A stretch of DNA of 64,000 bases. It comes from Dehalococcoidia bacterium. GTDB taxonomy: Bacteria; Chloroflexota; Dehalococcoidia; Bin125. A model generated the notes under the pieces. The model saw only the letters and a program-made list of their open reading frames with translations. It ran no database searches and was not told the DNA's origin. Position 1 is the stretch's first letter, and each line of letters starts with the position of its first letter. Of this stretch, positions 9,258-17,904 are shown one piece after another. A program made the position numbers and the translations under genes. The stretch lies in the NCBI GenBank assembly GCA_965205105.1, contig OZ242034.1, forward strand, positions 1,649,613 through 1,713,612, written 5' to 3'.

Positions 9258-10622
9258 ATGACTTCGTCTCTCTACCTGCAACAGCGCGAGTCTCGGTTCG
9301 ACCCCTCGATCGCCTGGCGAGACGTCTATGCGTCGCGGCTGGCGACGCCCGAGATGGCGGCGCAGCGCTTCAATTCGGGCGACCACCTGTGGATGCCCCC
9401 CGGCCACGCTTCGCTGCAGGTCCTGGAGGCGCTGACGGCGCGCCGGGACGAGCTGCAGGGCGTCGAGGTGCGCGCCGTGATCGTGCCCGACGCCGGCTGG
9501 TTCACCGAGGACATGATGGACGCGTTCAAAGTCGCGCCGCAGTTCGGCACGCTGTTCGACCGCGACGCCGTCAACAGCCGCGTCGCCGATTACCACCCGT
9601 ACTGGCTGGTCGGCATTCACAAGGCGCTCGACGCCGGCCGCGGCGAGGGCGAGGCCTGGCCGATCGACGTGCTGCAGATCCGCTGCTCGCCGCCCAACGA
9701 GGCCGGCTACGTCTCGTTGGGCGCCTCAGTCTGGGACGGCGTGACCTCCGCCAAGCGGGCTCGAACCGTGATCGCCGAAGTCAACGAGAACGTGATCCAG
9801 AGCTTCGGCGACTCCTGGCTGCACGTATCCGAGATCGACTGCTTCGTGCCGGCGGACGCGCCGGTCGTGGTCAACCTCCAGCATCCCGAGCCGAACGACA
9901 TCGACCTGGGACTGGCGCACTACGTCGGCCAGCTGGTCCGGGACGGCGACACGATTCAGGTCGGTGTGGGCTCGCACACCGGCGCGCTGCCGCGGCTGGG
10001 CGCGTTCGACGAGCGCGAGAACCTGTCCTACTTCGCCGAGCTCACGGTCGAAGGCCTGGTGCCGCTGGTCGAGCGCGGCGTGATCACGGGCAGGTACTCC
10101 GACACCCACCCCGACAAGTTCGTCGCCACCGTAATCGGCAACACGCCCGAGGAACACGCGGTCGTGCACCAGAATCCGGCCTTCGAGACATACGGCATCG
10201 AGTACCTACTCGACCCGCGCCAGATCGCCCGCAACGAGAACATCGTCGCGATCAACGGGGCGCTCACGGTCGACCTCAGCGGACAGATCGGCGTGCACAC
10301 GATCGGTCCGCGCGTCTACGCCGGCGTCGGCGGCCACCTCGCCTTCGCGATGGGCGCCTATCTCGCGCCCAGGGGCCGTTACGTCACGGTGATGCCCTCG
10401 ACCAACCGCGCCGGCGACATCTCGACGATCATGGCCCAGTTCGACCCCGGTCAGATCGTCACCGTGCCGCGCGACATCGCCGACACGGTCGTGACCGAGT
10501 ACGGCATCGCCAGACTGCTGGGCAAAACCGTCCGTCAGCGGGCCGAGGAACTGATCGCGGTAGCGCATCCCGACTTCCGCGCCGAGCTGCGCCGCGAGGC
10601 GCAGAAGCTCTATTACCCGTAG
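9258..10622 (+). CDS. acetyl-CoA hydrolase/transferase family protein (4-hydroxybutyrate CoA-transferase-like)
   Basis: 454 aa. Length and layout fit the family (GVGSHTGALP, INGALTVDLSGQIG, GVGGHLAFAMGA). Confidence 0.8.
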   Translation: MTSSLYLQQRESRFDPSIAWRDVYASRLATPEMAAQRFNSGDHLWMPPGHASLQVLEALTARRDELQGVEVRAVIVPDAGWFTEDMMDAFKVAPQFGTLFDRDAVNSRVADYHPYWLVGIHKALDAGRGEGEAWPIDVLQIRCSPPNEAGYVSLGASVWDGVTSAKRARTVIAEVNENVIQSFGDSWLHVSEIDCFVPADAPVVVNLQHPEPNDIDLGLAHYVGQLVRDGDTIQVGVGSHTGALPRLGAFDERENLSYFAELTVEGLVPLVERGVITGRYSDTHPDKFVATVIGNTPEEHAVVHQNPAFETYGIEYLLDPRQIARNENIVAINGALTVDLSGQIGVHTIGPRVYAGVGGHLAFAMGAYLAPRGRYVTVMPSTNRAGDISTIMAQFDPGQIVTVPRDIADTVVTEYGIARLLGKTVRQRAEELIAVAHPDFRAELRREAQKLYYP

Positions 10623-10638
10623 ACCAGCATCCTATCTC

Positions 10639-10808
10639 CTCATTCCCTGCGTAAGCAGGGAATCTTGCCCGCCCCAGCGCACGCCGTCTCGGCGACAGGC
10701 GAGATCCCTGCGCCCAACCTCGTCATTCCCTGCGCAAGCAGGGAATCTCGCCCCTCCAACGCACACTCCTGCCGCGACGGGCGAGACTCCCGCGCAAGCG
10801 AGGGAATG
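10639..10808. repeat. structured REP/MITE-like tandem element (2 units of about 84 nt, 3 hairpins)
   Basis: There are perfect 9-bp-stem hairpins attccctgc-gtaa-gcagggaat (10642..10663) and attccctgc-gcaa-gcagggaat (10725..10746), plus a degenerate third copy ctcccgcgcaagcgaggga near 10788..10806. The spacers are homologous and self-complementary (aatctcgccc ... gggcgagac). The element lies between convergent genes. Confidence 0.6.
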
Positions 10809-10842
10809 ACGGAGCCTTGCGATGATCACCAAGTGTCGGATG

Positions 10843-11742
10843 CTAGGCGTGCTGGTTGATGAACTCGCCGATGCGGTCGATCGCCTGCTGACCCTCGGGC
10901 AGCATCGGGGCGAAGGCGTGCCAGACGTGGAACATCTCGTCCCAGACCTCTTCGACCACGTCGACGCCCGCGGCGCGCGCCCGCTCGGCGACGCGCGTCG
11001 TGTCGCTCAGCAGCACCTCGGCGTCGCCGACCTGCAGCAGCAGCGGCGGCAGACCCGCGTAGTCGGCGTAGAGCGGCGACGCCAGCGGATCGGTCGGCTC
11101 GGCGCCGCCCAGATAGGCGCCGGCCATGTTCCGGATCATCGACGCATCGGTGAGCAGCGGATCGGAGTCGGCGCGCGTCCGGATCGTCTCGCCGGTGATC
11201 GCCAGATCAGTCCAGGCGGAGATGCCGATCGCGGCGTTGGGCTGGTCGACGCCGCGATCGCGCGCGGCCAGCAGCGCCGCCAGCGTCAGCCCGCCGCCGG
11301 CCGAGTCGCCGGCGACAAACACCGCGTCGGCCGCGCCTCCGCCATTCGGGCCGTGCTCCTGGATGAACCTGAGCCCGCTCACCGCGTCGTCAACCGCCGC
11401 CGGAAACGGATGTTCGGGCGCGAGCCGATAGTCGAGATTGAGCACCACGCAACCGCCGGCGCGGGCGATGTCCTCGCAGAGTCGTCGATGCGTGACCGGC
11501 GACCCGATCACATACCCGCCGCCATGCACGTAGAGCAGGCGGCGATCCGGATCAGACTCGGCGACCGTCACCCATTCGCCGGGCACGCCGTTCGCATCGA
11601 CCGGCGTCACGGTCGCCGCGTCGGTGGCGGGAAACGCGGTCGCTTCCATCCCCGCCCGCATACCCTGGATGTCGGTCTCGCCGCCGCCGATCGGGCGCTG
11701 CGCCATCAGATCAAGCACCTTCTGGAGTTCCGCTGAAGCCAC
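10843..11742 (-). CDS. alpha/beta hydrolase, HSL-type carboxylesterase/lipase
   Basis: 299 aa. Has the oxyanion motif HGGGY (YVHGGGYVIGS) and the nucleophile elbow GDSAGG. Confidence 0.9.
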   Translation of the reverse strand: MASAELQKVLDLMAQRPIGGGETDIQGMRAGMEATAFPATDAATVTPVDANGVPGEWVTVAESDPDRRLLYVHGGGYVIGSPVTHRRLCEDIARAGGCVVLNLDYRLAPEHPFPAAVDDAVSGLRFIQEHGPNGGGAADAVFVAGDSAGGGLTLAALLAARDRGVDQPNAAIGISAWTDLAITGETIRTRADSDPLLTDASMIRNMAGAYLGGAEPTDPLASPLYADYAGLPPLLLQVGDAEVLLSDTTRVAERARAAGVDVVEEVWDEMFHVWHAFAPMLPEGQQAIDRIGEFINQHA

Positions 11743-11852
11743 GCGTTAGTCCTTTCCCTGGGCGCTGATTGTTGATCTCTACGCTGACAGGGTAGCTGCC
11801 CGATTGCGCGATACTGCGATCTGCTCCCGATGTTGCAGGACGGACACGAACA

Positions 11853-12755
11853 ATGCGCATTCTCTCTCCGCCGCTCGCCCCGACGCTGGCGGGCAAACTC
11901 GACGCCATCCGCCAGCTCGAAGCCGACGGCTTCGCGGGCGCCTTCCTACCCTCGGTCGGCCACGACGCGATGACGGTGCTGGCGCTGGCCGCGGGCGAAA
12001 CGAACGCCATCGAACTGGGCACCTACGTGATTCCCACCTACACCAGGCACCCCGTGGCGATGGCGCAGCAGGCGCTGGCGACCAACGCCGCCGCCGGCGG
12101 CCGCTTCACGCTGGGGCTGGGACTCTCGCACGAGGTGGTGATCCGGGACGCCTGGGGCCTGGATTTCGACCATGTGGTCCGGCACATGCGCGAGTACCTC
12201 GAGGTGCTGCAACCGCTGATGCGCGGCGAGCAGGTCGATTACGAGGGCGCCGAGTTCCGCGTCCACGCCAGACTGGAGCTGCCCGACTGCGAGCCGCCGT
12301 CCGTGGTCGTGGCGGCGCTGGGTCCGCAGATGCTGCGCCTGACCGGCCGCCTGGCGGACGGCACGGCGCTCTGGCTGGCGGGCCCGAAATGGATCGAGGA
12401 AGTGGTCGTTCCCGAGCTGGGCGCCGCCGCCCGCGAAGCCGGCAGGCCCGACCCGCGCATCATCGCCGGCGTGCCGATCGCGATCACCGCCGACCCCGAC
12501 GGCGCGCGCGAACGCATCGCCCGCGCCTATGCGATGTACAACACGCTGCCCTCCTATCAGCGCGTGATCCAGGGCTCGGGAGCAGACAACCCGGCCGGCG
12601 TCTCGATTGTCGGCAGCGAGGAGCAGGTCGAGCTGGAGCTGCGCCGCTGGCGCGATCTGGGCGTGACCGACTTCTACGCCGCTTTCGAGGGATCGAACGC
12701 CGAGGAACGTCGGCAAACGCGCGAGTTCATCGCGTCGCTCGCGCCGAGCCTCTAG
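11853..12755 (+). CDS. LLM-class F420-dependent oxidoreductase
   Basis: 300 aa. Luciferase-like TIM-barrel pattern (FTLGLGLSHEVVIRDAWG, AALGPQMLRLTGRLADG). Confidence 0.8.
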   Translation: MRILSPPLAPTLAGKLDAIRQLEADGFAGAFLPSVGHDAMTVLALAAGETNAIELGTYVIPTYTRHPVAMAQQALATNAAAGGRFTLGLGLSHEVVIRDAWGLDFDHVVRHMREYLEVLQPLMRGEQVDYEGAEFRVHARLELPDCEPPSVVVAALGPQMLRLTGRLADGTALWLAGPKWIEEVVVPELGAAAREAGRPDPRIIAGVPIAITADPDGARERIARAYAMYNTLPSYQRVIQGSGADNPAGVSIVGSEEQVELELRRWRDLGVTDFYAAFEGSNAEERRQTREFIASLAPSL

Positions 12756-12809
12756 CCGCCCGCTAATTCGCTACCTTTGCCGCAGCCTGAACCGTTTGAG
12801 GAGCGCCCC

Positions 12810-13484
12810 ATGTCCGTGTTTCTGGAAGTCCGCCACCGCATCAAGCCGCTGACCAACACCGCCTTCGACCTGTTCGTCGATTTCTACGCCGAAACCGTCG
12901 TCCCCGCCACGGAGCGGCACGGGATCGATCTGATCGGCGCCTGGAAGATGACCGGCGGCGAGATGGGTTGGGATCTGTCGATCCAGCGCTACGAAAGTAT
13001 GGCGCATGTTGAAGACTGCCTGACGGCGCTGGTCGAGGACCCGGTGTTCTGGTCGGCGTCGGAGAAGCTGAACGGCGAGATCGAGATCGAGGAAGTGACC
13101 AAACTCGCCTTCCGGACCCCGTTCTTCCCCACCGAGGAGCGGCTGCAGGCGGCGTTGGACGCCAAACCTGACCAACCGCGTCAGTACATGCTCGCAGTGC
13201 TGAAAACCATGGCCGCCGGGCTGCCATCGGCATGTGAAGGGGTCGGCAAGCTGGCCGACACGATGGAGCAGGCGGGAGCGCTGCAACTCGTCACCTCGTA
13301 TGTCTCAACCATCGGGCGCTCGGGCGAGCTGACCGATCTCTGGATCCTGCCGCAGGGCCCCGGGGGGATGCTCCAGTACCGCGCCGGCGATCCGCTCAGG
13401 GAGATCATCAGCCCGCTGCGCGAGCACGCCCCGGAGGAGTCGATCTACTTCCTCAACCCGCTGCCCTACTCAAAGCTCCAGTAA
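12810..13484 (+). CDS. NIPSNAP-like two-domain protein
   Basis: ATG at 12810 preceded by gaggag. MSVFLEVRHRIKPLT...VVPATERHGIDLIGAWKMTGGE resembles the NIPSNAP fold. The family call is from memory. Confidence 0.55.
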   Translation: MSVFLEVRHRIKPLTNTAFDLFVDFYAETVVPATERHGIDLIGAWKMTGGEMGWDLSIQRYESMAHVEDCLTALVEDPVFWSASEKLNGEIEIEEVTKLAFRTPFFPTEERLQAALDAKPDQPRQYMLAVLKTMAAGLPSACEGVGKLADTMEQAGALQLVTSYVSTIGRSGELTDLWILPQGPGGMLQYRAGDPLREIISPLREHAPEESIYFLNPLPYSKLQ

Positions 13485-13490
13485 ACGGCG

Positions 13491-13514
13491 CAGCGCCCGC
13501 CGAAGCGGGCGCTG
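13491..13514. terminator. GC hairpin between convergent genes
   Basis: cagcgcccgc-cgaa-gcgggcgctg is a perfect 10-bp stem. There is no clear U-tract. Confidence 0.4.
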
Positions 13515-13572
13515 AACCTCATTCTCGCCGCGCTCGCCCATAGCGAGCGGGCAAGCGTGGTTGCCTGCCGGG

Positions 13573-15255
13573 CTACCGGCCGGTCCAGTGAGGCTGACTG
13601 AGCTTCGGGTCGGCGGGCAGCGGCTTGGCGATCTCGCGCATGGGAGCCGTGCCGTCCATCAGGGACGAGAAATACTCCCACGCCCTGTCACCGATGCCGG
13701 CGCCGATCTCGAGTGACGCGTCGACTGCGGCGCGGAAGTGCACGCCCGCCCAGAGGCGGCTCTCGGCGCATTTGTGCACGTAGTCGCTCCAGGAATCGAA
13801 CTTCAGGGTGACCGGCTCTTTGGGCGCCATCCCGCGCTCGATGTTCGATGAACCGGGTGGGCGCGTACCGGCAAAGCCGTGCGAGTCGAGGTAGGTCGTA
13901 CCGGTCGGCGTCATGCCAGTCGGCAGCCCGGTCGTCTCCGGAATCTCGTCCGTGCCCGTGTAATGCCGCGCGGCCTGGGCGTAGGCGGCGCAGAAGATGG
14001 TGGTGGCGGAGGGATACTCGGGGTGATCGGCACTGGGCATATAGCTTTGCCACTGATTCGCGGGCATCGTCACGGTTCCGCGTCCAGGCCCGCCCCAGGC
14101 CTTGACCGGCGCGTCGCCGTAGAGGTATCGAATTGCGCTGATCGGACGCACGGCGTCGTAGCGGGTTTTTTCCTGCCAGACCACGATGCCGGCGTCGTAC
14201 GCCGCCATGTGCACCAGGAATTCCAGCTGCACGTGCTCGACCACGCTGTGCTTGTTCTTGATCCAGGGCAGGAAGAGAGCGTCTCGCGTCTTGTTGTCGA
14301 AGAATTCGGCGTACAGCTTCTGCTCGTCGGTCAGGTTCGCGGAGATTGCCAGGATCTCGTCAGCCTGGGCTCTGTACGCCCACATGTTCTTATGATTGCT
14401 GGCGGTGGGCGGCGAGACGCGAATCGAGCGCGGGTTGAAGCCGCTGTACGGCGCCACGTTAGCCCACTGAGGCGTGACGTACTGCTGGACGGCATAGTTG
14501 CCCGTTCGGACGCGCTGAACCTGCGGTTGCCAGCGCGACGGGTCGCTCAGCTCGAAGGCGGTGTTGGCGGGCGCGTATCCGGTGGTGTCCGCAAAGGGCA
14601 TGCCGCCGGTCTCGTCGCCGAACACGTTCAGGCCGTCGTGGCGTCGGCCTTCCAGCATGCACTTGGCCGCGAGGTTGCCGATGGCGGCCGGCGTGGTGGC
14701 GTCGTTGTCGACGCAGTCCTGATCCATCCCGCTTTCGTCATCGGGGTCGAACCCGTGCGCCGAAAGCATGCCGCGCCATTGCTCCGCGCGATGGGGCGCG
14801 TACGCCATCATCGAGCGGTAGATCACATACAGCACCGCTTCGTTGGGCAGCAGGTTGTTCTGCGACTCCTCTGGCGGCCGGCGCTCAAAGCGCGAATACA
14901 TGCCGACGGCCGTGGGGTGATAGGGGGCCACCGCGTCGAACCCGGCTGTCATCAGGCTGGTCACATAGAAGTGCACCAGAGAGGCGTCGCCGCCGGGGGT
15001 GGACGGCGCGGACACTTCATTCCAGATGTAGTCGCCGACATTGGGCACGACCACTCCCCACAGCGCATTGCCGGAAACGAAGTCGAACGGCTTGCCCGGC
15101 ATCGCAAAGCCAAGCCGTTGCGAGTCGTCCAGCATTGCGAAGTCCACCTTCGCATCAGGGTCCGGCTGCGCGGTCTCATGCTCATCCCCGCGCACCGTTG
15201 CGAACAGCCCGATCGACAGAACCACACCGAACAGAATCAACGCGTACCGTTTCAT
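13573..15255 (-). CDS. secreted PAP2/vanadium-haloperoxidase-like superfamily protein
   Basis: ATG at 15255 gives the signal-like N-terminus MKRYALILFGVVLSIGLFATVRG. PAP2 motifs are KTRYDAVRP (K-x6-RP) and SRLWAGVH (SR-x5-H). The middle motif reads YPSAT instead of PSGH. Confidence 0.6.
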   Translation of the reverse strand: MKRYALILFGVVLSIGLFATVRGDEHETAQPDPDAKVDFAMLDDSQRLGFAMPGKPFDFVSGNALWGVVVPNVGDYIWNEVSAPSTPGGDASLVHFYVTSLMTAGFDAVAPYHPTAVGMYSRFERRPPEESQNNLLPNEAVLYVIYRSMMAYAPHRAEQWRGMLSAHGFDPDDESGMDQDCVDNDATTPAAIGNLAAKCMLEGRRHDGLNVFGDETGGMPFADTTGYAPANTAFELSDPSRWQPQVQRVRTGNYAVQQYVTPQWANVAPYSGFNPRSIRVSPPTASNHKNMWAYRAQADEILAISANLTDEQKLYAEFFDNKTRDALFLPWIKNKHSVVEHVQLEFLVHMAAYDAGIVVWQEKTRYDAVRPISAIRYLYGDAPVKAWGGPGRGTVTMPANQWQSYMPSADHPEYPSATTIFCAAYAQAARHYTGTDEIPETTGLPTGMTPTGTTYLDSHGFAGTRPPGSSNIERGMAPKEPVTLKFDSWSDYVHKCAESRLWAGVHFRAAVDASLEIGAGIGDRAWEYFSSLMDGTAPMREIAKPLPADPKLSQPHWTGR

Positions 15256-15263
15256 TATCTCCT

Positions 15264-15282
15264 TCTCTCTCTCTCCCCCCCC
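15264..15282 (-). repeat. simple-sequence tract G8(GA)6 (minus strand) abutting the RBS
   Basis: The plus strand has (tc)6 at 15264..15275 and C8 at 15275..15282. The mRNA sense reads GGGGGGGGAGAGAGAGAGAAGGAGATA-ATG. Confidence 0.9.
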
Positions 15283-15419
15283 AATTTTTCTTGAGGTTTG
15301 GGGAAGGGCTGTAGGCACTGTAAACGAGTACACCAAGTGCAGCAAGCGCGGATCCGCGCCGGGCGGCTCCGATACATAACCTTCCAGAAGTGCAGCGATG
15401 ATCGACGCCGCTGACCCAA

Positions 15420-16730
15420 CTAGGTCACCATTCGACGCACGATCTCGTAGGTCAGCTCGACGCCCATGTTGAGGTTCTCGATCGTCATGTGCTCGTCGTT
15501 GCCGTGGAAGCCGGCTGCTTCCTCAGGGCTCAGCAGGACGGGGATGAAGCCGTAGGCGGGAATGCCCTGCTGGCGCAGGAAGCGATTATCGGTGCCGCCG
15601 ACGCAGGTGCTGGGCACCACGGTCGCGTCCTCGACCGCGTCGTTGACGACCGCCTCAATGGTGCGGTACAACTCGGTATCCCAGTCGACCTCGACCGGCT
15701 GCTCCTGATCCCAGCCCGAGAACTCGACCTCAATGCGGTCGTCGTCGATCACCTCGATCACCTGCCGCCGCCAATCCTCGCGGTCCTGGCCCGGCAGCAG
15801 GCGGCAGTCGATCACCGCCTCGGACCTGGCCGGAATCACGTTCGCCTTGATGCCGCTGTTGATCATCGTCACGTTCAGCGTGTTGATGAACATCGCGTGC
15901 GTCGCCGGATGATCGATCACGTGCGCGCTCAGCGCTTCCGCGTCAGCGATCGGCGGCAGGTGACCCTCCTCGATCAGCCGGTCGAGCCAGACCCGGGTCG
16001 AGGGCGTGATCGTCACGGGGCGCTCCCAGGCGGCCAGCCGGGAAAGCGCGTTGACCAGATGCACAGCCGAGTTGTCGTAGTGCGGCCGCGAGCCGTGGCC
16101 GGGCGTGCCGACCGAGGTCAGCTTGAGCCAGCAGATGTCCTTCTCGTTGGTGGCGACCGAGAAGATGTTGGCCGGCTCGCCCATCAGCTGCGTGGAACCG
16201 GAGCCGCCTTCGGAGAGTTCGAACTCCACATCGACCAGGTCGGGGCGGTGCTTGTACAACCATTCCATGCCCCAGACCGAGCCGGCCTCCTCATCGGGCA
16301 CGCCGCAGAAGACAAGGTCGCGCCTGAGCAGCGCATTCTGGCGCTTGAGCAGCAGCATTGTCATCAGATGCATGATGCCGCAGCCCTTCATATCGACCGC
16401 GCCGCGCCCGTAGACCTTGCCGTCCTCGATGCAGCCCTCAAAGGCCGGCTTGGTCCAGTAAGCCGCCTCGACCGGTACGACGTCGGTGTGGTTGCAGAGC
16501 ATCATCGGCCGCTTCGACCCATCGCCGCGCAGCCAGGCGAAGATGGCTTCACGCTCGGGCTGAATCTCGACGTACTCGACCTCCAGCCCCGCCTCGGCGA
16601 GAATGCCGCCCAGCCAGCGCGCCGCCGGCTTCTCGTTGCCGGGCGGGTTGGAGGTATCGATCTGCAGATAGCGCACGAAGTAATCCAGCGCCTCGTCAAA
16701 GACGGGCTGCCAGGCGATCGGGGTGGTCAT
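15420..16730 (-). CDS. M20 family metallopeptidase (ArgE/DapE/CPG2-like)
   Basis: 436 aa. Contains LMLCNHTDVVP, GRGAVDMKG and VPDEEAGS metal-ligand motifs. Confidence 0.85.
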   Translation of the reverse strand: MTTPIAWQPVFDEALDYFVRYLQIDTSNPPGNEKPAARWLGGILAEAGLEVEYVEIQPEREAIFAWLRGDGSKRPMMLCNHTDVVPVEAAYWTKPAFEGCIEDGKVYGRGAVDMKGCGIMHLMTMLLLKRQNALLRRDLVFCGVPDEEAGSVWGMEWLYKHRPDLVDVEFELSEGGSGSTQLMGEPANIFSVATNEKDICWLKLTSVGTPGHGSRPHYDNSAVHLVNALSRLAAWERPVTITPSTRVWLDRLIEEGHLPPIADAEALSAHVIDHPATHAMFINTLNVTMINSGIKANVIPARSEAVIDCRLLPGQDREDWRRQVIEVIDDDRIEVEFSGWDQEQPVEVDWDTELYRTIEAVVNDAVEDATVVPSTCVGGTDNRFLRQQGIPAYGFIPVLLSPEEAAGFHGNDEHMTIENLNMGVELTYEIVRRMVT

Positions 16731-16824
16731 GGCTGTCTACTCCTGGAAATGGCTGACACCGTTGAAAAGCTGCCACTCATCGTACGATCACCAGAGCGAT
16801 GGCTCCCCTTGATCCGCCTATGCG

Positions 16825-17904
16825 CTACTGAATGATCGAATCGAGTATCGCAGCCCAGCGAGCGCGAAGCGCCGGTTGGGTCGCTGATCGATTAATCTCG
16901 CTTCCGATCTCCGTGAGCAGAATGCCCCGCGCCCGTTCGCCCATCAATGCCAGGACGACATGGAGCAACTCGGGCAGCGATCGGCGGTACACATTCGTGC
17001 CTTGCGCCCACTCGGCCCGGATGCGCGCGTCAGCCTGCTCAGTGTCCGAATCGGCGATGGCAGGGGCCGCGAACAGGAGTTCAACAACGCCGGCCCGACG
17101 CGCTTTGGTAATCGACGCATTCAGCTCAAGCAGCGTCAGATCGTGGTCCTTGACCTCCACCGAGAGCACGATACGAGGTGGTTCACCCAGGTAGCAGTGA
17201 ATATCGCCGGGCGCGCCGGATGCCGAATCTGCCTCGTTGATTCCCTGTCTCACCACGTCATCGAACAAAGCGAACCGCTGTCCAATCACTCGGAAAAGCG
17301 CAGCCGCGGCAATCTGCGGAGCTTCGCCGCCCGAGGCTTCGGCGACGAATTGAGCAAATGCCAACTCACATTGCTCGGCGCTGACGCGGTTGGGAACGGC
17401 GTAGGCGATCTTGAGCCGAGCGTAGAGACGGGCGACGCCGGCGATACATCGCCGGAGCATCGCTTCGGTATGGGCTGGTTCATTCCGCTTTTGCACCTCA
17501 GAGAGTAGCGCTACCAATTGCTCCCAGGTGGCGCGACCTCGCAAGGCCACCGACCAGTCATCGAGGCGGCGGCGGCGCAGGGGTCTGTTCACGTAGGGAT
17601 CGGAGCTGCTTCCCAACACATTGTCGTTCGCCTGTACCCATGGGACGACGATCGCGGTGCAGAAGCTTCGCGGATCCCAACGACCTGCCTCAAGCGCTCC
17701 ATCGGCGGAACCGCGCTGCAAACAGAGGGCATCGCGACGATGATCAGCGTGCTTACCCAGCAGCTGCGTGATCAGGGCGTAACGCACCGAGACCAGTTTT
17801 GACTCGCAGAGTTCGTCGATAATCGAGTCAGGATCTGTAGGTACAGCCGTCAGTGCGGCTTGCCAGGCATTGGCAAGCCAGGCGGCTGCTTCAGGATCAG
17901 TCAT
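16825..17904 (-). CDS. putative type II restriction endonuclease (PD-(D/E)xK)
   Basis: Lies immediately downstream of, and overlaps by 8 nt (ATGACTGA), a Dam-family methylase. A candidate nuclease motif is APGD-x16-EVK (GDIHCYLGEPPRIVLSVEVKD). The alternative upstream start at 17964 would overlap the methylase by 68 nt. GC is intermediate (one line counted at 55 %). Confidence 0.5.
   Translation of the reverse strand: MTDPEAAAWLANAWQAALTAVPTDPDSIIDELCESKLVSVRYALITQLLGKHADHRRDALCLQRGSADGALEAGRWDPRSFCTAIVVPWVQANDNVLGSSSDPYVNRPLRRRRLDDWSVALRGRATWEQLVALLSEVQKRNEPAHTEAMLRRCIAGVARLYARLKIAYAVPNRVSAEQCELAFAQFVAEASGGEAPQIAAAALFRVIGQRFALFDDVVRQGINEADSASGAPGDIHCYLGEPPRIVLSVEVKDHDLTLLELNASITKARRAGVVELLFAAPAIADSDTEQADARIRAEWAQGTNVYRRSLPELLHVVLALMGERARGILLTEIGSEINRSATQPALRARWAAILDSIIQ

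Noticed and set aside
10639-10808. Possible CRISPR array
   Set aside because: There are only 2-3 repeat copies. The so-called spacers are homologous to each other and the repeats are simple hairpins. No cas genes are present. It fits a REP/MITE-like element better.
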